Part shown: piece by piece, positions 13,717 to 25,181 of the stretch
Layout: each line of letters begins with the position of its first letter
Position numbering within the stretch: the first letter of the stretch is position 1
The notes under the pieces: generated by a model
The model's input: only the letters and a program-made list of their open reading frames with translations
What the model was told of the DNA's origin: nothing
The model's database searches: none
Position numbers and translations under genes: made by a program
DNA from: Mytilus californianus
Taxonomy: Eukaryota
Assembly (NCBI RefSeq): GCF_021869535.1
Contig: NW_026262668.1
Span: 97,278,001 to 97,342,000, forward strand
Reading direction: 5' to 3'
Length of the DNA: 64,000 nucleotides

Positions 13717-14184
13717 ATGATGTTCCGTGAAATTATAATTTCTGTACTTGTTGGAAGCATATGTGCCCAGTTCTGGGACAGAGATTCAGACAATTATGGC
13801 GATTCATTTGTCGGAAAATACAGGGATTACAGAGACTCAGATTCAAATGGCTTGTATGACGATAACAGCAATAATAACGACGACGATTCAGATGAATCGT
13901 ACAGAAACAGATTCCTTGTAGGAGGCTTTAGAAGACGCCAAAGTTGGGGACAAAGAGCAGTTGGTTTCCAACCACGCCGACAACAAACTTTTTCACGATT
14001 CAACACTGCCAGAAGAAGATCTCAAAATCAAAATTTTAGAAACTCAAGGAGATCTTCTCGAATCCAATCCCAACGCCGTGTTCAAAACCGTCCCAGATTC
14101 AACGTTCAACAAAGAACATTAAGAAATTCTGCTAGAAACCGTTTTCAAACAAACAGAAACTTCTTCAGAGGTAAGAACATTTGA
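13717..14184 (+). CDS. Orphan secreted protein: signal peptide, Asp/Asn-rich acidic block, Arg/Gln/Asn/Phe-rich cationic block
   Basis: 155-codon ORF with a hydrophobic leader (IIISVLVGSICA|Q), strongly biased composition and an upstream TATA/CCAAT promoter. AG|gtaag at 14170/14171 suggests the exon ends there and the true C-terminus may lie in another exon. Confidence 0.8.
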   Translation: MMFREIIISVLVGSICAQFWDRDSDNYGDSFVGKYRDYRDSDSNGLYDDNSNNNDDDSDESYRNRFLVGGFRRRQSWGQRAVGFQPRRQQTFSRFNTARRRSQNQNFRNSRRSSRIQSQRRVQNRPRFNVQQRTLRNSARNRFQTNRNFFRGKNI

Positions 14185-14212
14185 TTATACATGAAGCTAT
14201 ACCAATTATTGT

Positions 14213-14672
14213 GGTAAACGGACAGAAAGTCACAAATTTGATAGAACAAAACTGAGTCACAATTGATTTGTTCGTAATTGTTTGAATGTATAAGAGGAAG
14301 TTCTTGAAACAGTCTTTTTATTACATATATTCATTTAATTTACAGTTTAGGAAATTGTTCATCAGCCTTGATAAATGAAGATTTGTCAATTGTTTATCAT
14401 GCAAAGGATTTATTTTTGGCACCATGAAGCCATTTAAGTACCAAGCCACTTTGACAAATTGTTTTCTTATCAATAAATTTTAATTATTTGATAATTATTG
14501 ATTTATAAAAAAAACTTTTTGTTTACAAATTTGCTTTATGTATAATAGTTCAAGAAAAGGCAAAAATGTTTGTAAAAATAAGTGTTTTTTTATTCGAAAA
14601 AAAATAATCTCAAAACTGAATTGTGACTTTTTGTCCGTGACTTTTTGTCCTGTGACTTTCTGTCCTACATTC
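14213..14672. mobile_element. Mutator-type MITE just downstream of the orphan secreted ORF
   Basis: TIR core GGACAGAAAGTCACA with subterminal repeats and a 9-bp flanking duplication (CAATTATTG, 14203 and 14672). Confidence 0.72.
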
Positions 14673-16483
14673 AATTATTGCATGTACCGGTAAACGGGCA
14701 GATCGAGTTAAAGGAGGTAGTAAATGGCGAAGTTCAGTATATATATAGATTTAAACTGTCCCTTAATAGTTGATTTTTTTATCCCACACAAAATGATAAG
14801 GATGGCACATGACGTTCTAAACCGAATTGATCTGATTTGTCATGATTTGTAAGCTTACAACGCAGGTTATTTTGATAGCTTAAAATATCTGGTCGGACTT
14901 TGTTCATTCTATATACCAGTCGAGTTGAAAGAATGCCACGCACTCAACAGTAAAAGAACCCTTGCAATAACTCTTTTGGGCGTTTTTTTATGTGATCTAC
15001 TGCATGTAGGAAGAAATCTTGCCCTTTTTCCAATTTCTAAATCGACCTAATACATTGACCGAACGTATAATAAATTCATAATATTAGATATATCGTCCTG
15101 GATTTGCATGACATATTTCCCATTGAATATTCGAGTTATCCAACATTGAATCATGGCTAAAAAGATACAAAGTGAATTCGCGAAACTCAATATAATTGAA
15201 AACATTCATCGGTCACTATAAATTCAACAGTATCTAACGAAACTTTTATATCATGAGATATTGCATCCATCTATTTTTAAGGCAACAGTCCTACCCAGGC
15301 AGCAATGTTGTATAACGCATTCAACATGGACCTCTTTTAACAGAAGTTGAAGATAGGCTGAAGATAAAATCTGGATGACAACAGATGCTAAAAAGAGGAC
15401 ATATATGAACTGACACAGCTATATATATAATGTTACTGTTTCAAACAAAAACTAAAAGATTGTGAGAATCTTATGACTTATATTATAAATTACAGTGGAC
15501 ACTGTATAGTCCCATAGGAAAGGGAAAGATACGATGTTTTGTATTTATTTAGTTGCATATAATGTAGCTCTTGTTATGCTGTGATATTAAATGAACTATT
15601 ATTATGCTGTGATATTAAATGAACTAATAGCCTTTAAAACAATTATTTGTATGGCATACACGATGAGAACGAGAGTTCTTTCCAACGATTCAGTTTTTGT
15701 AGAATATAAAGATAGACCACACCATGTGATACATGATCATGTTGATGCACCACGAGATGTGAAAATAAATGATAACACTAAGTGGACACACAAACTAATG
15801 CTTAAAGCAAATAGAATTTTTCCTAGATAATATGTATTGTCATCTTGAAGATAAAATATAGTTATGTGATGTACCCGATGGGGATAAACTGTGCCCCTCT
15901 TATAAAAGATTTATTCTTTAACTGTTCTGAATCACACTTCACCTGTACAGCTAAACATTTTACGAAGAGTGAAGTTACAACACTCAATCGATGTTTTTCA
16001 ATGATACCTTCTTAATATACAAATCGATTTATCCACCTCAACTCACTCTTACGAATTCTAACGTATCAATGACCGATGCTCATTTTTATACCCTGATAGT
16101 TAATTTCTCATTTTTTAGATAATATCCATGCTAAAACAAAAACAAAAAAATCACTTACTGACTCCTTCTTATGCAGTGTACTTTTCTCAGTTGTGTACGT
16201 TTTTTCAATTACATCTCGGATTCAATGAATTAATGTAATGTGCTAAAAAAATACAGCACGGTTATAGATATTATAAATTTTTATTTAATTTTATCCTTAG
16301 GATAGAGATTTATTGTGGAAGTATTGAGCCTGTATCGCTCATCTACATGATAATTTGGTTCCTAAAAGATATAATTTAAAATTGTTCAATAAGAACTCAA
16401 TAGTGCCCTTTTCATTTTTCATCTCATCGAAACCACATGCAGAAATCCTCTATAGGAAACTTCCGTATGTTATTCGTTATAAA

Positions 16484-18812
16484 AGTAAGTAAGTAAATTA
16501 TTTATTATAGTGACATGTGTAAATATGTACAGATTTTAAACATACAATATATTATAAATATTAATATTAATACGCCCGGCCCAATGGACCTATAAGTCAC
16601 CTCAAATGAAATTAAATAATTATAAAACAATTTTATCACGTTCTTCAAAATAACAAATTATTCATGAAATTATCTTTTTGTTGACGAATGTTAATTTTAA
16701 GATATTAAGCTATTTGTAAACAGAATTGCATCTTTTGAAATATGCCTGTACGATGTATTTGGCTAGTTTTCGAGTATGACTTATAATTAAAAAAATAAGC
16801 TTTTCATTATTGTCCATAGATATAAAGGAAGTAGTTAATAAAAGTTCACCAAACACATGTTCTCGTATATCAGAATAGAATGTACAGTCTAGTAAAAAAT
16901 GAGTTTCAGTTTCGGTCACGTCTGTAGTACAAAATTTACAGAGTCTTTTTTCTGGCCTTTCACCTATATATCGTCCTGTTTCAATCCTCAGAGGTAATAT
17001 TCCACATCTGAATTGTGCTAAATGCGAGCGTTCGACTTTGGTTAAATTGATTTTTACATACTGTTCTTGATTAAAGGCAGATTTGAAAGTTATATAAGTA
17101 CGAAGTTTTGTATATTATCATTCCATATGTTTGAATAAAGGCGCTGAATGTTCATTTCTACAGTTCTCAAATTAATAGCAGTTTTTGAATCAAAATAATG
17201 TTCTAAATTAAGTTTACAAAGAATGTCTTTCAATTCGCTACACCAGTTGTCGGCACAACGGTTATAGTCTGCATTAAAAGCGAGCTTCGTTATGCGATCA
17301 TCTTCAAACTTGAGTAGTCTGTTCCAATACCTCACCATGTTTGTCCATCTTCGAAACTGGCTTGGGATCCATCCAACATCCCCATGTAGGGCAAGAGTAG
17401 GCGCAAAACGGTGAACACCAAGAAAATATCGTATTGTACGGTTTTGAATATTGTCTATTGTTTGAAATTTTCTGTATCCCCAAACACTTGAGGCATAATC
17501 TAAGATAGGAACTACACACGAGTAATACAGTTTTTCGTAGGCATTAAATCCGAAGTCTTTATTGTTGTGAATTTTGGATATGATCGTCCCTAGTGCTCTC
17601 CCACCGCCTTTCGACAAATTTTCCGCGTTGGTTATGAAATTTCCATTATGACCGAATGCAATCCCTAAATATTTGTAATTTTCGACCTTCTCCAATTTGT
17701 TTTTTCCAACTGTAAATTCAAAATTAGTTTCTTTAGTTCTTGGTTTTCTGAAATGAATACATTTAGATTTATCTGTATTGATTAACACCCTCCAACGTTT
17801 ACACCATTGGTGAAGTGTGTTCAACATACACTGAAGATCCTCAGCCGACTTTGCAACTAACGCTATATCATCCGCATACAATAATAATGATAACTTCGTT
17901 TCAAGTAAGTCTACTCCAAGATTAAGGTCATTAATTTCTTGGACAAGATCGTTTATAAATATGGAGAAGAGTGTCGGCGATAAATTATCTCCTTGTTTCA
18001 CACCAGTTTTACAGCAAAACCACGATGTTAGTTTACCGTTAATACGAACACATGACTCAGAACTTTGGTATATACTTTTTACAGAATTGTACAACTTCCC
18101 ATCAATTTTATTCAGCAAAAGTTTGTATAACATCATATCTCTGTCAATAAAATCAAAACATTTCTTCAGATCGATGAATGCAACAAATACTGATTTATTA
18201 TTTCTAATAACACTATTCAAAGTAAATATATGGTCTTCACATGATCTATTTTTTCTAAACCCATTTTGTTCGTCGGCAAGAATATCATTATTTTCAAGAT
18301 GAATGACGAGCCGTTGATTAATAAAAGAACTATACAATTTGCTAGTGCACGACAAAAGACTTATACCTCTATAGTTCATTGGTACTCGGAGATCTGATGA
18401 CGGGTCTTTCAATATTGGACATATGATGGCTTTTCTCCAGATGGTTGGAATTATACTGGTGTCAAATATTAGTTGGAAGAGTTGTTGCAATGTTTGAATG
18501 ATTATCGGGTACTTTAAAACGCCGTACGGAATTTGGTCTGGTCCACTTGCTGATTTTGGTTTTGCATGCATTACTATATTAGTTATTTCATCAATCTTAA
18601 TATTAGAGTTTAAATCCTCATTCGGCATAAACAACGGATCTTCCATTTCAGATTCCAATAACTGTTTATGAACTTTTGACTGATTATAATGGTCGTTTTC
18701 AAATTCGGTGTTGTTTTTCCCGTTGTAAAGATTTTCAAAATCGATACGCTATTTGTTAAGTACGTCCTTCTCGTTCGTTAAGACTTCACCAGATTCATCA
18801 ACGACTTCCATC
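16484..18812 (-). mobile_element. 5'-truncated LINE (CR1/L2-group-like) with RT and C-terminal CCHC motif
   Basis: 522-aa RT frame (QNGFR, KQGDNLSP, LYADD). A frameshift near 17105 leads to KLRTY...RIETGRY...CKFC...HFLLDC. In-frame TAG at 18749. AATAAA and a (TTAC)n tail at 16484-16506. No endonuclease domain. Confidence 0.92.
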
Positions 18813-20117
18813 AGGCTTGGTTAAATTTGGCCATGTATTATAAATAATCAGAGTGGTTTAAAATCGATCTAATTAAAATAAAGTTCTCTGATTTCGTTAT
18901 ACTCAATATGAGATCTTATATGTACGAGCAAGCGAGTTAATATAGGTCTGAATTCTAATCAGATTGGTTTAAAATGGGACTTTCCATTGTCGGAGTTTGA
19001 ATAGGAACTACGTGCTGTTTATGGTAATATTATAAAGCTAACAGGTTAAGGAATTGTGATTCAGATCTATCTTTTTTCTCAATAGACTTTATTGACTTTT
19101 GCTAATAAAGGTTACTATTGAACTGTTGTTCAATTATTGCAACTTTTTTGCGTGTGATTATCATCACTTCGCTGATTTATAGATTAAAGCAAGACTAAAC
19201 TGTTCCTTTCCTATTTCTGCATTGAAATTATGCTCAATATTATTTTGCTTTTAAGGAATGACTGTAATATTTTTTTCTGTTTATGAAGAAATAACATCAA
19301 AAATGTGGTGCACACTGAATAACCCGCGTAGCAACACGTTTTTTTTTGGGGGGGTTATTTCGAAAAGACAGAAAAAATATTACAGTCCGTCTTTATAATT
19401 TAATTCTAAATTCTATTTTTTAGGAGTAAATCATTAAAAAAAAAGTTGATGACGTCACGGTCATGACAAAATTATGTTTATGAGCTGATAGACAAAAACT
19501 TTCAGCCAATAAAAAGACGTGTTACATCCAAAATGTAATTATTGTAAAACAGTTTGTCTTCTTATACTGTTCATGACGTTGCTGTAGGAAATCTACTCTG
19601 AATTGAACTGACTCTGAGTCGCAAGTATTCTTTGATACAATATTGCCAGTTTATCATTGTTTTGTTTTAACTTGTGTCTACTTATTATACCGTCATTAAA
19701 AGAGTTAAAAGTGCCTTTCCTATACTGATTTGTATACCTTCGATAAGTAAATTGATCGATATTAAAAATCGGGGTTGCGACCGAAGAAAAAATATTAACC
19801 CGATCAAAAGATCACGTGCCTGTTCCAATCATGAGTCTCTTCAATGGTTCGCTCTTTTTCGTCTGGAGGAAATAAGGTAAATAATAGAGAGGGACAGCAT
19901 AACAAGTTCTATAAAAAAGAGACTAAAGAATAAAAATTGAGTGAGTACATGATATGCCAAGTTATCGCAAGAATAAATACGCAATAACTGTAAGCAAAAA
20001 CACAGGCGCTTGGGTATATGATACAGAAAATTTTTTTAACTTTTTTTTGTTGATTAAAATATTCTATTTTCAACATTTATACTACATATCTATCACTACT
20101 GCGCATGTCTTACATAG

Positions 20118-20218
20118 TTTCGAGTGATTTTACCAACTTTGAGACAAACCCCCATTTTGTTTCTTAGTGTGGATAGTAAAATGGGGGTTTGTCTCAAAGT
20201 TGGTAAAATCACTCGAAA
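20118..20218. repeat. Perfect 41-bp inverted repeat with a 19-nt loop
   Basis: Arms 20118-20158 and 20178-20218 are exact reverse complements. Confidence 0.9.
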
Positions 20219-21048
20219 AGCATGTGAAACTGTTTTTGGTCTCCGAAAACACTCTTGTCGGTGTAACGGCAAAAGAGATATGAATTATTAACTCTTGACA
20301 CAAAATCCCTACACGCACTTATAAAAGCAAATGAACCACTGTCATTGCTGTTCTTCACATTGTCAAGAATTAGTCCGGTCAATATTGCGCATGCGTGAAT
20401 TCAGATACCCTACATGGATAAAATCGTTATACAGAAGTTATATGGAAAAAAATCTTTACAAGACGATATTCAAGTTTCTTCTCAATGGTTTTCTTAGCTG
20501 CTGCGATCCCCAGAATCCTTAATGTGTCTTCTTTTTTATGATATTGATTATTTTAAAATAAAGTTTGAACTTCTTGCAACAAATTTGGATTTTTAACAGT
20601 GATGTCAGATGGCTTACTTCTGCCGTTATTCTTACAGGAAAATGTCATTATTCGGAAGAGTGGTCAGCTTTGAAAAAATAAATAAAATACTTTTACTTAT
20701 GATATACCTTAGCTGCTGCGACCAAGAAAAAGATGAAAAGTTAAAGCTTAACGTGGTGTAGTTTATTTTCAAATTGGATATTTTCTTCTTGCTCCAAATT
20801 TGATTTAAAAGTAGGCGATTTTTGTTTTTTTTTTTTATCAATTTCTATTTGACAACAGGACACATCATGTGTGTAAACAGATAACAAATTGTTATACAAT
20901 CGTGTTTATACAGTCATGCTGAGACATAATATATTCCCAGAGTAATGTAATATAGTGTAAACGACATTTTGTATAAACTTGATTTAGGGTTGACAGAATA
21001 GCAAAACACCATATAATTATAATTAACGTTTTTTTTTATAATTTAAGA

Positions 21049-21082
21049 CAAGGATTTGTATATCTCACTATACAAATCCTTG
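21049..21082. mobile_element. 34-bp CAAGGATTTGTATA hairpin (mini-MITE or excision scar)
   Basis: 14-bp arms, 6-nt spacer, flanks TTTAAGA/TTGAAGA. Confidence 0.7.
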
Positions 21083-23454
21083 TTGAAGATGATTAGATTT
21101 TAAGTTATTTTTTGTTTCTGTTTTCACGTGGTTATAACCGAAAATTAATAAATATATCATAAGAATGCAATCAAAATCTAAAACGCATTAATTATTTTAA
21201 ATAAATGCTTGCTCATCTGAATGATTTATCAATACACAATCATATTTTTTTTCAATGGCATCAAATGGTTTCTATTCACATTTATTTAAAAAAAAATAAG
21301 AAGATGTTGTATGATTGTCAATCAGACAACTGGCTCGTTTTCTTAATCCCTAGATAATCATTTTTTGAGGCAATTTTAACACGATTTGAATACACAATCA
21401 TATAGGAGAACAATTCCATTTCGTCGCACTTTAAAGAGTGCATAAAAAAACATTTAGAAAACTTCACGAATTCGACCACTTGATACGGCAAGATGAAATC
21501 TAATAATATATTTTACATCAAACCGAGTTTCTGTTATTTAATTTCTTGAAACTAAATACACGAATAATAATATGTGCGCACAATAAATTGGAAAGTTTGC
21601 ACCTTTCAAGACCCGTTAAATAGTTTTGAAATTCTTTCATTACTTAAATTGTACATTCGCCGTCAAAAAGAAACTTGTTGATCACAAAAAAGTGTATAAA
21701 ATGAAAAAAAAACAACAACAAAAAACAACTTTTATTAAATTCCTTTTGTCAATTTTTTATCACTAGCTTTTCGTCTCAATTAAAATTTATTGAATCGAAA
21801 CAATATTAAATAAAAAATCAATAATTTGTTCACAAAACGGTAAAGATTGTTAGCTTTGAACAGGTACTTGTACATGTATGACAATTAACATGTCAGCTTC
21901 AGGGTATATACCTGTGGATATATGGTTGAAACGATGCTGGAAGCTTGTGTGTTTTCTGTTTCTTGTTTAACTTCTATTGTTTACGTCGTAGATGTTTATA
22001 TAATGTGAGATATTAGGTAAATATCCACGAGATAACCTACCCTCCACCCACAAAATTCACAAGATAATACAGGGTTCTGTAAGCTTTAACTGAATAAATT
22101 GGCTATCATAATGTACAATGTATGAAAAGCTTTAAAACCCCCGTTCCTTCATAAATTATGGTTTAACTAGAGCTACATATATTATATATATATATATGGA
22201 TATGGTGTACAAAAATCTTTGCACCTTTGTTTGCGGTATACCATCTTTGCCGCAAGTTTATTGTTTTCTGTTTGGTATGAAATTTTTAATTAAGATCCAT
22301 TTATTACACCTTGTGATCCGTTTATTTGGCAATCGCCAATGGCAGTCAGCAGGGTTTAAGAACATTTGTTGTTCGACCTGTTAGTCAAATGCGTTTTGTT
22401 AAAATATACTTTTTCACTTTTTTGGTCTTTTGGAAAATGTTGTTTGTGCTGTATTTAGACCCCTCTAACAAGAAATTTGTTTTTGCATGCACACGTATAA
22501 AAATTGAGGTTTTTATCCAACGCAATCATAGGTTTGAACGTTGTTTTCAATTTAGACTTGTATATATATATATATGTATATATATATATGGCTCTGGTTT
22601 TACTTAGAAATAAATCATCATGACAATAATTTACAAAATAAGACGATGTGGTAAAATTGGCAATGAGACAACTTGTCACCATAGACCAAAGGACGTGGTT
22701 GAAAGCAACTATAAGTATCTGTACGGCCTCTATCAATGAGCTAAACCCATATCGTATAGTAAGCTTTGTAGGATAGAATTGAGAATTGAAACGGGAAATG
22801 TGTTAAAAGAGACAACAACCCGACCAAAGAGCAGAAAACAGCCTAAAGCCACCAAATTGGGTCTTCAACGCAGCGCGAGAATATCCCGCACACGCAGGCG
22901 GGCTTCAGCTGGCCCCTACACAATAATGTATACTAGTTCGGCGAAAAGAACGCCACACCAAACTCCGAAACATATAAATGAAGCAAAATTAAAAAAAAAA
23001 CCACACAAAGGTTAGAGGTTCCTGACCTGGGAAAGGCGCAAAAATGCGGCGGGGTTAACATGTTTTGACAGATCTCATGTTAATTGTCGAAAAAATTAAA
23101 ACGGGAAAAAAACCAACGAACTAGTTTATGCTAAAACAATAACAACAAGAAAATAAATATTTCAGACAGCAAGAAACGACAACCACATAATCACAAGTAA
23201 TTTGTTCCCGACTTAAAACAGAAGTATAAACCGGCGGGGTTAAACATGCTTGTGAGTGCTCAAATCTATCTTAATCCCACTGAACCTGGGGCAGTGGTAT
23301 AAAAGCACAACACAAGACCAAACTGTTGAAATTAGTAGGAAAATGCTTCTTTGTCAGATGGGCACAAAAAAACTATCTAAAGAAGACAAAAGATCTAAAG
23401 TACCGATCTGAAGATAAATTATCTACCAGTACACATCCAACATACATATAAAAA

Positions 23455-23700
23455 TAAAGAGATGTGGTATGATTGCCAATAAGACAACTATCCACCAAAG
23501 TTCAAATGAAGTGGACGTAATCAATTATAGGCAACCGTATGGCCTTCAACGGTGAGAAAAATGCATACCATATAGTCGGTTATAAAAGGCCCCAACATGA
23601 AAAATATGAAACTATTCAATTGAGAAAACTAACGACCTAATTTATAACAAAACAATTTACGAAAAACAAATATGACAGACATTAACCAACAACAGTTCAT
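23455..23700 (+). repeat. Interspersed repeat family (AGATGTGGTATGATTGCCAATGAGACAACT)
   Basis: Related copies at 22641-22770, 21298-21330 and 12400-12470 (-). Confidence 0.65.
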
Positions 23701-25016
23701 TTAACTCTAGGAATTGTGCTGTTATCCTCACTCAATGTATACTGTTAAATTCAATAATTATGAACTGTCAATGGATGTTTAGAATTAAATAAAATGACAG
23801 ACATTCCGAATTCTCGAAGTACCCGTTTTATATATATATAAAAAAAGAACCGTAAGTCAACGGCTTTTCGGCCAATTATATGTGAAATAGTTGAACTAAA
23901 ATTTCAATTACATTTCAGTCAGTTTGATGCTCAATTCATTTTGAAAAAGAATATCTATTTTTATTTATATGCATTTTTCATTTACCAATTTGGGTAAAAC
24001 ATCTCATGCCGTTTCAATGTTTCAACTGGGACTAATACACTAAATCAGTAGTCCCAGGTTTCAACAAAGATCGAATAGGAACTCCGGCCTTCAATTAATT
24101 TTACAAACTACACCAAAATACAGAAAACATGATTCAAAATTATTTTATCGATAACATCTGGTATTGGTTTTCACTGAAGTTATCTTTACAGACCAGCGGG
24201 TGTTTAACCCCTAATTGTGCGTCTTATCGCATATGTCAAATTGGCAAGTGACCCCATATGGAGCGAGGACGGGTTATCGTCCTTGTCGATACAAATAATT
24301 GTTTTCAAATTGGGTTATCTCCCTTAAACCGGACAGATTCTTGGCAATGATCTCTAAGTCATAATGAGGCCTACAACACTGAGCAAAAAAATAAGTCTTA
24401 CTGCGATTTAAGGACAACCCCTGGCACCGTTGTAAGTGAAATTATATTTGCAAGGTGTCGATCAGATAACATTTCTGTTATCTACATTTTAACGATAGTC
24501 TAGATAATTACCAATGAAAGTATTTTACCAAACTACAATGGGCAACAAAATCATACTAGTTCTGTCATAATAATGCTTTTTATTGTTTTCAACAGTGAGG
24601 TTATACAATCCAACCTATACTTAAATTTAAGGTTGGTCAAGTCCATTTGACATGTACCTCTTTCAGAACATTCCACATACTAAAAATTGACACACTTAGT
24701 TAGAACATGTGGTTTACTTGGCCTCATTCTTAGCATTCATGTTGATCAGTAATTATGCATACCAAATATAACCACGCAAATAAAATCAAGGTAAGGTGAC
24801 ACAAATTGGCCGATAAGATCATATTATAAGCTACGCAAAAAAGTTCTAAAATGTTGGTTGACCTTGTTGAAAAAGAAATTAACACAAAATTGTCAATATT
24901 ACTGTTAGCCGTAAGAAAATGTCTCGCCTCTCGTGGCTTTCATCGGACATTATCCAAGAAGAGTAGGATGATCTATGACCAAACAGGTCCCTTGCGTTCT
25001 GCAAGGAAATCCCAGT

Positions 25017-25181
25017 TCATTGAATAAAGTGTCCCACGCCTAATAATGGTTTGCAGTAATAACCGGTCTGATTGTTAAATTTCTGAAGTATGTTAAGTTC
25101 TTTTTGGTACATTTGTTTCCACTGAACCTCATCTTCGTGGTCGTATCCAATCAGATGACAGATTCCGTGGGTAACCATAAC
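25017..25181 (-). CDS. YBEY: YBEY exon 3
   Basis: 165 nt, VMVTHGICHLIGYDH...HFIQ*. Confidence 0.94.
   Translation of the reverse strand, partial: VMVTHGICHLIGYDHEDEVQWKQMYQKELNILQKFNNQTGYYCKPLLGVGHFIQ

Noticed and set aside
14341-14480. Acceptors at 14345 and 14350 as the next exon of the orphan gene
   Set aside because: They lie inside a MITE, so they are unlikely to be the ancestral exon. Not excluded without RNA data.
15591-15830. 79-aa ORF as a continuation of the orphan gene
   Set aside because: Its start comes from a 25-bp tandem duplication, and no in-phase acceptor or compositional similarity was found.
17304-18302. ORFs 17304-17519 and 17961-18302
   Set aside because: Alternative-frame and antisense shadows of the LINE RT.
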